From: Candidatus Peregrinibacteria bacterium
GTDB lineage: Bacteria > Patescibacteriota > Gracilibacteria > UBA1369
Length of the DNA: 64,000 nt
Assembly (NCBI GenBank): GCA_963708185.1
Contig: OY970195.1
Span: 1,373,034 to 1,437,033 of the forward strand
Reading direction: 5' to 3'
Shown in pieces: positions 1-8,636 of this stretch. Within the stretch, counting starts at the first letter, position 1; each line of letters begins with the position of its first letter. The position numbers and the translations under genes are program-made. The notes under the pieces are model-generated. The model was not told the origin of the DNA. It searched no databases and saw only the letters and a list, made by a program, of their open reading frames with translations.

Positions 1-367
1 CCTCGCGCTTTTGAGATTTGTCGAGAGAAGTGTTTACGTCCTTAATTTCTACAACGGCAATGACGCGCCGTTTTTCTTCGCTAAAATAGCCAAGAATAGC
101 GTCAGGCTTTTGTCCGCCTGCCTCAACATTTCCTTTTGGGTCGATAGTATAGATTTCATTGGGAAACCCCTTGTATCCAAGGATTTCAATGAAGAAACTT
201 TGATTGAAGGCTTGTTCGCACTGGCTTTCAGATTTTTTATGAAGTGACTTGTTTTCATAGGCTTCATGCCACGCTTTGACTTTGGCTAATTTTAAATCAA
301 AATCGGGAATCTCATATCCTTCGAGTTTGGCTTTGATAGCCTTATTTTTAAAAAGTCCTGAAGTCAA
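1..367 (-). CDS. Type IIG-like restriction-modification enzyme, N-terminal PD-(D/E)xK nuclease part (partial, runs off the window)
   Basis: Open frame missed by the ORF track, from TTG at 367: LTSGLFKNKAIKAKLEGY...ESQCEQAFNQSFFIEILGY...GQKPDAILGYF...VIAVVEIKDVNTSLDKSQKRE, with a PD...ExK motif. Confidence 0.7.
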   Translation of the reverse strand, partial: MTSGLFKNKAIKAKLEGYEIPDFDLKLAKVKAWHEAYENKSLHKKSESQCEQAFNQSFFIEILGYKGFPNEIYTIDPKGNVEAGGQKPDAILGYFSEEKRRVIAVVEIKDVNTSLDKSQKRE

Positions 368-380
368 AATAATACAAAAA

Positions 381-516
381 GGGCCACCTAGACGTAGCAC
401 CAACAATTAGCAAGCCGTAAGGCTCTCCAAATGTTGTACGCTAGGTAACCCCAGCTTGTTCATTTGGAGAGCAAAAAAACGAGTTTTTGCCTTATAACTT
501 ACGAATTGTTGGTGCG
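381..516 (-). ncRNA. Structured leader RNA (C4/CI-antisense-like architecture) upstream of the R-M gene
   Basis: 12-bp stems 397-408/504-515 and 422-433/461-472; loop 437-451 complementary to tail 381-396; starts just downstream of a sigma70-like promoter. Confidence 0.6.
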
Positions 517-521
517 ATTGA

Positions 522-550
522 AATATACGTTAAACGAGAGTTCTATTCAA
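522..550 (-). promoter_or_regulatory. Sigma70-like promoter TTGAAT-17-TATATT
   Basis: Minus-strand -35 at 550-545 and -10 at 527-522, directly upstream of the structured RNA. Confidence 0.6.
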
Positions 551-648
551 GAAACAATCCTGAGTAATTTTCTTTCGGAAAAGTTGTTGCTATAAGCCTA
601 AATAGGGCTAAAATTCGGGAGAAAAGGTTTAAAGTAAATTTAGATGTA

Positions 649-2313
649 ATGAAAGATGTAAACCCTAAACAATACAGAGTATCTGTTCGTCGAAAGCTCA
701 TTGATGCAGCAATTCAGAACAGAGAAAAACCCCACACCGTTACTACCTCCACGGGAGAAGAGGTGATTTTGGGTTTAATTGGGGCTACATACGCAATTGA
801 TGGGGACTCTTTTTATGCAAATCCGCGATATGAAGATTTCTATTTTCGAGAAATACAAAATGACAAAACCTTATGGAATTTTTATAATCGGTGGATTCTT
901 TTAGGAATCAATCATGATTTTTCCGCAGAGGAAAAGCTAAAATTTGTACTTTATTGCAGCCAAAAATTAAAAGAACACATTCCTCGCAAACAGCAAATGG
1001 TGATTTTATGGCTTTTCTTTGATGTTTTTCATGATCTTATTAGTGCTTTAATCCAGCGCGCTGATCTCTATTATGAAAAATATATTCCCGAATATCTCCA
1101 AAGAATAAACTGTATTTCTGCCGTTTTACGTAAAGTATTGGTTGCTTTTCCTGTTGAAGACTTCAACAGTATTTTGCAGAAAATACAGACATTCGCTACC
1201 GATCTCAAAAAAAATCTTAAAGTCTTGGGTGAGTTGAAAGATGAATATGACTATAAAGTCGGATCAATAGGGGTCATACTTCAAGAATCCTTTAAGCGAT
1301 TTTATTTTGAAGAAATTTTTCAGAATAACATTTTTTCTATATCTCCAATTTTAGGTGAAAGGGATGATTTTAAAATCGCGTTTGAAAAAAAATGGCAAGA
1401 CCTAAAGCTATATCAAAATAGCAGCTATGGATTTTGGGTGGTCCCATTTATAAATCCAGCTGATTATTTTCGATATTTAGAATTCACTTTGGTAGCTGTC
1501 GAAAACGTTGAAAAACAGGCTGTTGCTTATCAGGTTTTGGATTTTTTGACCTATGATGTTTTTTCTAAAAATCCTTATAACAAGCCATATTATGAATATA
1601 TAATCAACCGACTGATAATTTTTATCGAAAAAAGGTACGTCAAACCGTTTCTTAAAAAAGTTGCAAAAAATTTAAAACCCCAAAGACAAGTTTCTGACCT
1701 TGAAAAAGATGAAGAATTTTTAAAGCCATTGGCGAAAATTGTTAATGATTACGATCCATTTTTTCTCTTATTTGAGGCAAAATCTTCAAAGCGCTTGAAA
1801 GGTTTTGATGATGGATTGTTTGCGCCTATAGGAAAAAACGGAAAGTTATTTTTACTCGGGAATTTGAGTGAGGGACGTGGTTTTGCTTTTATAGCTTATA
1901 TTAAGGCAAAAATACGCACTTTGGTGAAAGAATTTATCGGTCTTAAAGAATGGAAAAATAAAAGAAAATTGTCATTAGATCAAAGCATATCGAGTGACCA
2001 GGATGATCTAACATTAGAAGATATTTTGGCTTTTGAGAAAGATTTAGTTTCTGAAGATCAAGAAGAAGATTCAAATGACTATGCGTATCCACCTTGTGAT
2101 ACTCAAGATAATGAGTGGTATATTGATAAATTTGCAGAAATAATTGAAGTAGCCCCAAAAACTTTGAGACGGTGGGATAAAGAAGACTCATTCACTCCTC
2201 ATAGGAGAACAAGAGGCAAGAAAGGCATTCGCTGCTATATTGAAAGTCAGATTCCTGAAGCTCGAAGAATCAAAGCTCTAAAAGAGCGAAGACAAAAACA
2301 CCAAGTCATTTAA
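649..2313 (+). CDS. Putative regulator: unknown N-terminus, sigma70 region 2/3-like segment, C-terminal MerR-type HTH
   Basis: FIAYIKAKIRTLVKEF...LSLDQSISSDQDDLTLEDIL, then YIDKFAEIIEVAPKTLRRWD...RCY. Confidence 0.55.
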   Translation: MKDVNPKQYRVSVRRKLIDAAIQNREKPHTVTTSTGEEVILGLIGATYAIDGDSFYANPRYEDFYFREIQNDKTLWNFYNRWILLGINHDFSAEEKLKFVLYCSQKLKEHIPRKQQMVILWLFFDVFHDLISALIQRADLYYEKYIPEYLQRINCISAVLRKVLVAFPVEDFNSILQKIQTFATDLKKNLKVLGELKDEYDYKVGSIGVILQESFKRFYFEEIFQNNIFSISPILGERDDFKIAFEKKWQDLKLYQNSSYGFWVVPFINPADYFRYLEFTLVAVENVEKQAVAYQVLDFLTYDVFSKNPYNKPYYEYIINRLIIFIEKRYVKPFLKKVAKNLKPQRQVSDLEKDEEFLKPLAKIVNDYDPFFLLFEAKSSKRLKGFDDGLFAPIGKNGKLFLLGNLSEGRGFAFIAYIKAKIRTLVKEFIGLKEWKNKRKLSLDQSISSDQDDLTLEDILAFEKDLVSEDQEEDSNDYAYPPCDTQDNEWYIDKFAEIIEVAPKTLRRWDKEDSFTPHRRTRGKKGIRCYIESQIPEARRIKALKERRQKHQVI

Positions 2314-2380
2314 ATGGCTTAAATCCATCATGGCTTTGTCCATATTTTCCAGATAGTGAACAACACTATCTGTATTTTAA

Positions 2381-2674
2381 ATGAACGAAGTAACGACCAC
2401 TCAAACTCAAGTCACTGAGGTCCAAATAATACCTGTGAAGCCCACTAATGGCCTCATAGCTTTTGCGAGCTGCGTTATTGATGGCAAGCTTCTTTTAAGT
2501 TCGATTGGTGTTTTTACGAAGTTGGATGGTTCTGGGTATCGTATTACGTTCCCGACAAAAAAGGTCGGGCGGGAAGGTTTTAACGTGAACGTTTTTAACC
2601 CTATCAACAAAGAGGCCTGTGAAGCCATCACGCGGGCGATTTTGGCGAAGGTCGGTAATCTATTTGAAATATGA
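2381..2674 (+). CDS. SpoVG family nucleic-acid-binding protein
   Basis: VTEVQIIP...LIAFASCVIDG...ITFPTKK pattern typical of SpoVG. Confidence 0.75.
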   Translation: MNEVTTTQTQVTEVQIIPVKPTNGLIAFASCVIDGKLLLSSIGVFTKLDGSGYRITFPTKKVGREGFNVNVFNPINKEACEAITRAILAKVGNLFEI

Positions 2675-2823
2675 AAATCCCCAAAGAAGCAGTTAGCCAG
2701 TTTCAAGAGCTTTACCGTGTGAAATACGGTAAGGAGCTGACTTTTGAGGAGGCTGAGATTGAGGCGCGCGAATTACTGAATTTATACGCATTGTCACAAA
2801 ATAAAAACATTTTTTATGAATAG
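2671..2823 (+). CDS. Small hypothetical protein (50 aa)
   Basis: MKIPKEAVSQFQELYRVKYGKELTFEEAEIEARELLNLY...; ATGA overlap with the upstream gene and overlap with the downstream start; below the track cutoff. Confidence 0.6.
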   Translation: MKIPKEAVSQFQELYRVKYGKELTFEEAEIEARELLNLYALSQNKNIFYE

Positions 2824-3364
2824 AGAGCTTGAAATCCAGCTTATGAAAGATTCTGAAATTGTCGTGCTTTTAAAGTCCCTTATTTTGGAGAAGGCGAGCA
2901 GGCATGAGGCGGTTTTAAAGGTTGTTCAAGGCTGTCCTGATAGCAAAATTGATCAAATTTTAAGTGGTCCAGCGACCGAAGCGGACATACGGCTTATTTT
3001 TGAGCGATTTGAGGCTGATTTGGAGATTAAACGGCTTGAAATTGATCTGGCGAACATGTGCTATGCCTTGAACAGCAATAAAACGGACCATAAAAATATA
3101 ACCGACTGGGACCGTGCTTATGAACATGCTACATGCGGCGTTAGTATTGATCGGGTAGTGAGCTTTTTGTTAGGTATTGATCGTTTCAATCGCAATATTA
3201 AGTGTCCTTTCCATGATGACGGTAAAGCTTCATTGAAAGTTTACGTGAAAAACAACCGTTTTGTGTGTTTTGGATGTGGTATTCGTGGCTCTCCAATTGA
3301 TTTTGTTATGTATCACAAAAACTGCTCCTTCCGCGAAGCAGTTCTGTTTCTTTCTAATCTGTAA
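2816..3364 (+). CDS. CHC2 zinc finger (DnaG zinc-binding domain) protein
   Basis: CPFHDDGKASL...FVCFGCG..GSPIDFV. Confidence 0.8.
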   Translation: MNRELEIQLMKDSEIVVLLKSLILEKASRHEAVLKVVQGCPDSKIDQILSGPATEADIRLIFERFEADLEIKRLEIDLANMCYALNSNKTDHKNITDWDRAYEHATCGVSIDRVVSFLLGIDRFNRNIKCPFHDDGKASLKVYVKNNRFVCFGCGIRGSPIDFVMYHKNCSFREAVLFLSNL

Positions 3365-3377
3365 TTCCATTTTAGTT

Positions 3378-4775
3378 ATGACCAATAAATATGTCAAAAA
3401 TACTATTCAGAACTTAAAAGAAGAGATGGCAGAAAATGCCATTTCTTCAGGTCCGCCCGATTTATCCGATTCTACAAAGGAGGGGAAACAAGACCCTATA
3501 CCCAGCGGACTCTCTGTCCCTCCTCAAGTAACAGGGACACAAACTCCGCCTGGTATAGAGAGTGTTCTTGAAGCTGTCAGACAAACGGGAGAAAAACATG
3601 ATTATGTTATCAAGGCTATTCTTGCTGTTTTCGCGTCAACTTTTCTTGTACGCAAAGACCCGATTTGGCTTTTGATTGTTGGTAATCCTTCCTCAAATAA
3701 AACAACTCTTGTCGATTTGATTTCTGGGCATGTTGATGTTTATCGACTTGATACGCTCACTGCTAATCCTTTCAGTTCTGGGCAGAGGGAGAAAGAGAAA
3801 CCGAAAGATCTTTTGCCATTATTGGATGGAAAGTGTTTTGTAATCAAAGAATATGCGACTATCTTTGGTAGAAGCGATGAAATGGTTAAGCAGCTCATTA
3901 GCGACCTTGTCGCTATTTATGACGGTGAATACGCAAAGCATTCTCCGACACGCGGCACGATTCGTTATAAATCGTTTTTTTCTCATGTAGGATGCGTGAC
4001 ACCCATGGCTTTAAATTCACGGCAAGTCTATATGAGTGCGGTCGGGGCACGTTTTCTTTTTTTAAGGATTGATTCACTTTCTGATGAAGAAAGAGACGAT
4101 TCGATGAATGAAATTTTCTCTAATTCAAGAAAAAGTAACGCCGAAATTGTAGATGTTGTTTCCGCATATTGTCGCGTTATAAAGGATGTTATTCAGCAGG
4201 GCAACATTCCACAGATACCTTCCGAAGTGTTCAGCAAGTTAAAAGTGTTTGCCAGATTGATGGCGCGAGCGAGGGGAATCGTTATTACAAATCCAGTGAG
4301 TTATGAAGGGAATGACGGTAAAAAGCGGATTCATTATGAGGTTGATGATATTCAGATTGAAGAGCCTTTCAGGGCCTTAAAACAGCTCAAGAAATTCGCT
4401 GAATGTTTGGCTATTGTGAATGGTTCAAATGTTGTTGGCGAGGAGGAAATATCAATCGTGCAGCGGGTTGTTCTTTCTTCTATGCCAGTTCGAAGAGCCG
4501 ATATATTGCGGGTTTTTGAAAAAGGAATTTTGTTTACCGTGAAAGAAGCGGCGGAAAAGCTTGATAAGAACAACAAGACTGTCAGGCGCAATTTGGATGA
4601 ACTGGTGTCGTTGGGTGTCCTTGATACTGTGAAGGAAAGCGATACTCAGGCAAAAGCATATTTTATGAAGGAAGAGTATGCGGATGTTTTGGGTTTTAGT
4701 ATTCAGCAAACAGAAACGGTCCAAGCCAATTCGCCTGAAAATTCAGCGGAAACTAAAGAGAAATTGCCTTTTTAA
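3378..4775 (+). CDS. AAA+ ATPase (MCM-like helicase) with C-terminal winged HTH
   Basis: Walker A variant LLIVGNPSSNKTT, Walker B-like FVIKEY, ARFLF arginine finger, HTH VKEAAEKLDKNNKTVRRNLDEL; start moved to ATG 3378. Confidence 0.65.
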   Translation: MTNKYVKNTIQNLKEEMAENAISSGPPDLSDSTKEGKQDPIPSGLSVPPQVTGTQTPPGIESVLEAVRQTGEKHDYVIKAILAVFASTFLVRKDPIWLLIVGNPSSNKTTLVDLISGHVDVYRLDTLTANPFSSGQREKEKPKDLLPLLDGKCFVIKEYATIFGRSDEMVKQLISDLVAIYDGEYAKHSPTRGTIRYKSFFSHVGCVTPMALNSRQVYMSAVGARFLFLRIDSLSDEERDDSMNEIFSNSRKSNAEIVDVVSAYCRVIKDVIQQGNIPQIPSEVFSKLKVFARLMARARGIVITNPVSYEGNDGKKRIHYEVDDIQIEEPFRALKQLKKFAECLAIVNGSNVVGEEEISIVQRVVLSSMPVRRADILRVFEKGILFTVKEAAEKLDKNNKTVRRNLDELVSLGVLDTVKESDTQAKAYFMKEEYADVLGFSIQQTETVQANSPENSAETKEKLPF

Positions 4776-4822
4776 TTCGTGGGCGCTTAACACAACCTAT
4801 TATTTTTTATTTTTTTCACTTT

Positions 4823-5125
4823 ATGACACCATCAACCATCAAGGAAGTTTGCACACTTTGTAATGCCCTTTCTCATAAACTAGCCGAATGCCTGCAAACA
4901 TGTACGCGTTATGCGGTAGAAGCAAATTGTGTGCCTTCTTTCTTTTACTGTGAAGCTTTGACTTTACATGCATCAGCCGAAATAAAAGGTGATGATGGAG
5001 CATTTGTTGATCTATGTAGGCTTCAACCTTTTTTGGCTTTAGCGGCTAAACATGGGGCATACATCACTCCAGATTCAATCACGAAAAATGGAAACACTAT
5101 CACCGTTGAGGTCACCATATGTTAA
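4823..5125 (+). CDS. Hypothetical protein
   Basis: ORF in operon orientation, no recognised motif. Confidence 0.45.
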   Translation: MTPSTIKEVCTLCNALSHKLAECLQTCTRYAVEANCVPSFFYCEALTLHASAEIKGDDGAFVDLCRLQPFLALAAKHGAYITPDSITKNGNTITVEVTIC

Positions 5126-5170
5126 TACCGTCTGTAACAATTAACTTTATATCTTTTACGCTTAAAAACT

Positions 5171-5344
5171 ATGTCCTATAATCCAAACCACTATCAGTCC
5201 AAGAACGTTTATCTTCCAAAGGAGCTGTGCGCTTTTGCTGAGAAGAAAGCCAAAAGTCAGTTCATGAATTTCAGTGTCTATATCAGGTCACTTATTGTTG
5301 AAGACCTGAAGAAAGAAACCCTGAATGCAAGGCCAATTACGTAA
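5171..5344 (+). CDS. Ribbon-helix-helix (CopG/Arc-like) protein, 57 aa
   Basis: MSYNPNHYQSKNVYLPKELCAFAEKKAKSQFMNFSVYIRSLIVEDL; below the track cutoff. Confidence 0.6.
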   Translation: MSYNPNHYQSKNVYLPKELCAFAEKKAKSQFMNFSVYIRSLIVEDLKKETLNARPIT

Positions 5345-5459
5345 TAATATCTACTGAATGAAACCTGCATGGAAGCTCTTATTCAGTTGGATTTAGGGCT
5401 TCGGTTCAATCTCTAATGATTTCGGCAAAAAATTTGAATATTTTTTAATTCTAACCTTC

Positions 5460-5981
5460 ATGACAACATCAAAAAAACAGCTTCTTGCGAATCAACAAAA
5501 CGCCAAACTTGGTGGCGTAAAGACGGAAACTGGCAAGGAAGTCAGCAAGTTAAACTCTACGAAGCATGGCTTATTGAGCCAGGAAGTTTTGTTAAAAGAT
5601 GAAAACAAACCTGAGCTTGCCACTTTACGTCAACAATTAAATGACTATTTCCAGCCCGAAACAGGCATGGAGCAAATCTTGGTGGATCGAATCATTGCCA
5701 ATGTTTGGAGACTTAAAAGGGTGCTTAAAATTGAAACCGAAATGATTGAGAACGATTGTAAGCCTGGATTTATGGAAAATGAGAAAAAGGGCTTGGGCAC
5801 TGCTTTAAGTTACGATTTTGCGAATAATGATACTTACGGCAAACTTATTCGCTATGAGACCAGTATTGAGAGAGGACTCTATCGTGCGCTCCATGAATTA
5901 CAAAGGATGCAGGCGCAACGGAAAGGTCAACAAGTACCTCTACCCGTTGTTATAGACGTGGAAATGAATAAGGAAGAATAA
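5460..5981 (+). CDS. Conserved mobile-element hypothetical protein (ANxxNA...KT..GK..S..N..KHGL family)
   Basis: N-terminal motif QLLANQQNAKLGGVKTETGKEVSKLNSTKHGLLS; RYETSIER near the C-terminus. Confidence 0.65.
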   Translation: MTTSKKQLLANQQNAKLGGVKTETGKEVSKLNSTKHGLLSQEVLLKDENKPELATLRQQLNDYFQPETGMEQILVDRIIANVWRLKRVLKIETEMIENDCKPGFMENEKKGLGTALSYDFANNDTYGKLIRYETSIERGLYRALHELQRMQAQRKGQQVPLPVVIDVEMNKEE

Positions 5982-6009
5982 ATGGGTTCGTTTCGTAAAA
6001 TTATTTTTT

Positions 6010-6624
6010 ATGGGTAGACACTATTATAGTAAAAAGGATACGGTCGAAGATTGTCTTATTGTGGGTGTCTTTTGGTTGAAGAGAAATGGGTATCTTGATG
6101 GTTACAAGCATGGCGGAATCACTTGGACCTCTGGCTCTGGAAGTCAAAGTACCATTGGGATCACGGTTTCCACCTGCATAGATTATAAATTCCTTCGGTT
6201 CAATTACACATTGACCCAAAATGAGAAGAAAGAGAATTACAATTATGTTGTAAGGATTGTTACTTCTAGGTGTAATTTCAAAGGAAGGAGATTTTGGTTT
6301 CTTTGTCCTCTTTTGAAAGGTGATCGTCCATGTGAAAGGCGTGTGGCGAAGCTCTATTTGCCACCTGGAGGAAAGTATTTTGGGTGTAGACAATGCTATG
6401 ATTTGAGCTATAACACGAGAAATAAATATGATGGACGGTTTGCTGAATTCGGCAAGGTTCTTGATTACGAAGCAAAGATGGAGAAGTTGAAAGATGTGGT
6501 CAAAAGAAAATATTACAACGGCAGGATGACAAAAAAATATAAAAGGTATCTGCAATGTGTTCAGGAGTTCAATCACGCCGCTCCGCTTCTTGCTGAAAGG
6601 ATGAATAGATTATTATCTAACTAA
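6010..6624 (+). CDS. Hypothetical Cys-motif (putative Zn-binding) protein adjacent to the recombinase
   Basis: RFWFLCP...CERRVAKLY...FGCRQCYDLSY. Confidence 0.65.
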   Translation: MGRHYYSKKDTVEDCLIVGVFWLKRNGYLDGYKHGGITWTSGSGSQSTIGITVSTCIDYKFLRFNYTLTQNEKKENYNYVVRIVTSRCNFKGRRFWFLCPLLKGDRPCERRVAKLYLPPGGKYFGCRQCYDLSYNTRNKYDGRFAEFGKVLDYEAKMEKLKDVVKRKYYNGRMTKKYKRYLQCVQEFNHAAPLLAERMNRLLSN

Positions 6625-6784
6625 GTGCTAATATATGCTCGCAGTCCAAAATTCAGTTAATTTGTTGAGGGAGTATTTGTTTTGTTGCCTTTAGTGGGGC
6701 AACTGTGCCAATAAAGAATCCCTCAAGGAAACTGAATTGGACTGCCACGGTTGCTCCTCTTTGAGGTCATTTACTTTATCTTTT

Positions 6785-8449
6785 ATGGAAAATATTAAAT
6801 TTGCAATTTACGCTCGTAAATCCTCAACAGGTGAGGACCGTCAGGTACTTTCTATAGAATCTCAATTGGATGAGATGAAGGATTTGGCGCAAAAACTTGG
6901 GATTAGAAATTATCAGGTGTTTACCGACTCTCAAACTGCTCACAAGCCATATTTGAGGCCTGAATTTATGAAAATGATTGCAGCGATTGATAGTGGAGAA
7001 ATCCAGGGAGTGCTTTGCTGGAAAGCGGACCGTTTAGCACGGAATCCCCTTGAAGGGGGGAATATCACCTATCTTTTGCAGAACAGCAAATTGAAGGTCA
7101 TCCAAACCCCTTACAGTCGATATTTACCAACAGATAACACTCTGCCTTTAACGATTGAGCTTGGAATGGCGAATCAATACAGTCTTGATCTTTCTAAGAA
7201 TGTGAAAAGAGGTAATAAAACTAAAGTTGCCAATGGCGGTTATACAGGCGTTGCTCCTCATGGTTATTTGAACGATCTTATTAACCATACCATTCTTCCA
7301 GATCCTGACCGCTTTGATCTGGTCCGAAAAATGTGGGACCTCTATTTGAAAGGAACGTATTCTTTAAATCAAATATGCAAAATTGCAAATGAAGAGTGGG
7401 GGTTCCTAACATATCGAAGAAAACAAACGGGTGGTGCAAAATTGTGTATTTCGAGCCTTTACACAATTTTCACAAATCGTTTTTATTATGGATGGATTCA
7501 ATCTGGTGAAAATGCAAACTATGGCATTCATAAGCCAATGATTACCATAGCTGAGTTTGAGAAAGTTCAAGAACTATTGAGAAGACAGGGGAGGAAAGGG
7601 GAAACAAGTTACGAGTTTTCATTTACGGGTTGTATTAAATGCGGAGAGTGCAGTGCTTCAATAACAGCTGAGGAGAAAGTGAAATATGCTTGTCCTGGTT
7701 GTAGAAAACAGAATTCGGCTAAAAATCCGCATCGTTGCGGACGTTGTGGTTACAGTATTGCCAAAGAAGACGTAGCACATGGTCATTGGTATAAATATTA
7801 TCGCTGCACAAAAAAGAAAGGTGCATGTTCACAGAAATGCTTTACTGCTGATGCTCTGGAAGGGCAATTTGTTGATACTCTCTCCAAGATTGAAATAGAC
7901 CCCGATTTTGAGCGTTGGGCTTTGCAGTGGTATAAATTCCTCAATCAAAACTCCTTTGATGAGAAACAGGGGCAGAACGAATTATTTTACAGCAATTATC
8001 AAAAAGCTGAGGAGAAAATAAAGCGGTTAGTTGATATGCGGGCTGATGGTGAGATTGATAAAGATCGTTTTATTGCTTCCAAAGCTGAAGCGGAAACTGA
8101 CCTTGCCCATTGGAAAAGCAAATTGAGCGAGGCTGAGAAGACAAGGAATCAATCATTAGCGGAGATTGAAGAGGCGCTTGGATTTATCCAAGGTATCCAG
8201 AAACGCTTTAGGGAAGGCTCCGTCCGTGACAAGAAATATATTTTTATGAAGGTTGGCTCGAACTTTCTTCTAAAGGACCGAATACTTACTTTAGATACCC
8301 AAAAAGCCTATTTAGCCTTTCGAGAGCTTCAAGATGACGTTGATACTCGGATCGAACCTAAAGATTTGCCTTCCATAAAAGAAAATAACCCCCTTTTGTA
8401 TGAGAGGGTTTTAACATGGCAGGGCCAGAAGGAATCGAACCCTCGTTAA
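6785..8449 (+). CDS. Large serine recombinase (resolvase, recombinase and zinc-ribbon domains)
   Basis: IYARKSS catalytic Ser, DRLARN, APHGY, CGECS...YYRC; C-terminus runs into the antisense strand of tRNA-Trp; start ATG 6785. Confidence 0.92.
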   Translation: MENIKFAIYARKSSTGEDRQVLSIESQLDEMKDLAQKLGIRNYQVFTDSQTAHKPYLRPEFMKMIAAIDSGEIQGVLCWKADRLARNPLEGGNITYLLQNSKLKVIQTPYSRYLPTDNTLPLTIELGMANQYSLDLSKNVKRGNKTKVANGGYTGVAPHGYLNDLINHTILPDPDRFDLVRKMWDLYLKGTYSLNQICKIANEEWGFLTYRRKQTGGAKLCISSLYTIFTNRFYYGWIQSGENANYGIHKPMITIAEFEKVQELLRRQGRKGETSYEFSFTGCIKCGECSASITAEEKVKYACPGCRKQNSAKNPHRCGRCGYSIAKEDVAHGHWYKYYRCTKKKGACSQKCFTADALEGQFVDTLSKIEIDPDFERWALQWYKFLNQNSFDEKQGQNELFYSNYQKAEEKIKRLVDMRADGEIDKDRFIASKAEAETDLAHWKSKLSEAEKTRNQSLAEIEEALGFIQGIQKRFREGSVRDKKYIFMKVGSNFLLKDRILTLDTQKAYLAFRELQDDVDTRIEPKDLPSIKENNPLLYERVLTWQGQKESNPR

Positions 8450-8490
8450 CGGTTTTGGAGACCGCTGTATTGCCACTATACGATGGCCCT
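8417..8490 (-). tRNA. tRNA-Trp(CCA)
   Basis: Reverse complement AGGGCCA...GCGGT CT CCA AA ACCGT...GGTTCGATTCC TTCTGGCCCT GCCA. Confidence 0.92.
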
Positions 8491-8636
8491 AAGTTCAGGG
8501 GTTTTGCTTGCGCACTATAGCAATTCTCTCTTTTTTTTTCCAGTCAAAGAGCTCGGCTTCAAATGTCACAATTTTTGATACTCTTGCAATTTTGGCGGGA
8601 AGTGATAAACTATCTCTCAACCACATATTTTAATTT

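Larger units (their letters stand above)
1..8416. mobile_element. Integrated element (satellite/IME-like genomic island) at the 3' end of tRNA-Trp; left end lies outside the window
   Basis: Visibly AT-rich compared with the core. Serine recombinase abuts the tRNA 3' end. Replication-type genes and R-M cargo are present; no capsid or conjugation genes are seen in the window. Confidence 0.8.

Noticed and set aside
11-267. Track ORFs 11-247 (+) and 49-267 (-)
   Set aside because: A third, stop-free minus frame (367 to <1) gives a recognisable R-M nuclease N-terminus; these two are shadows.
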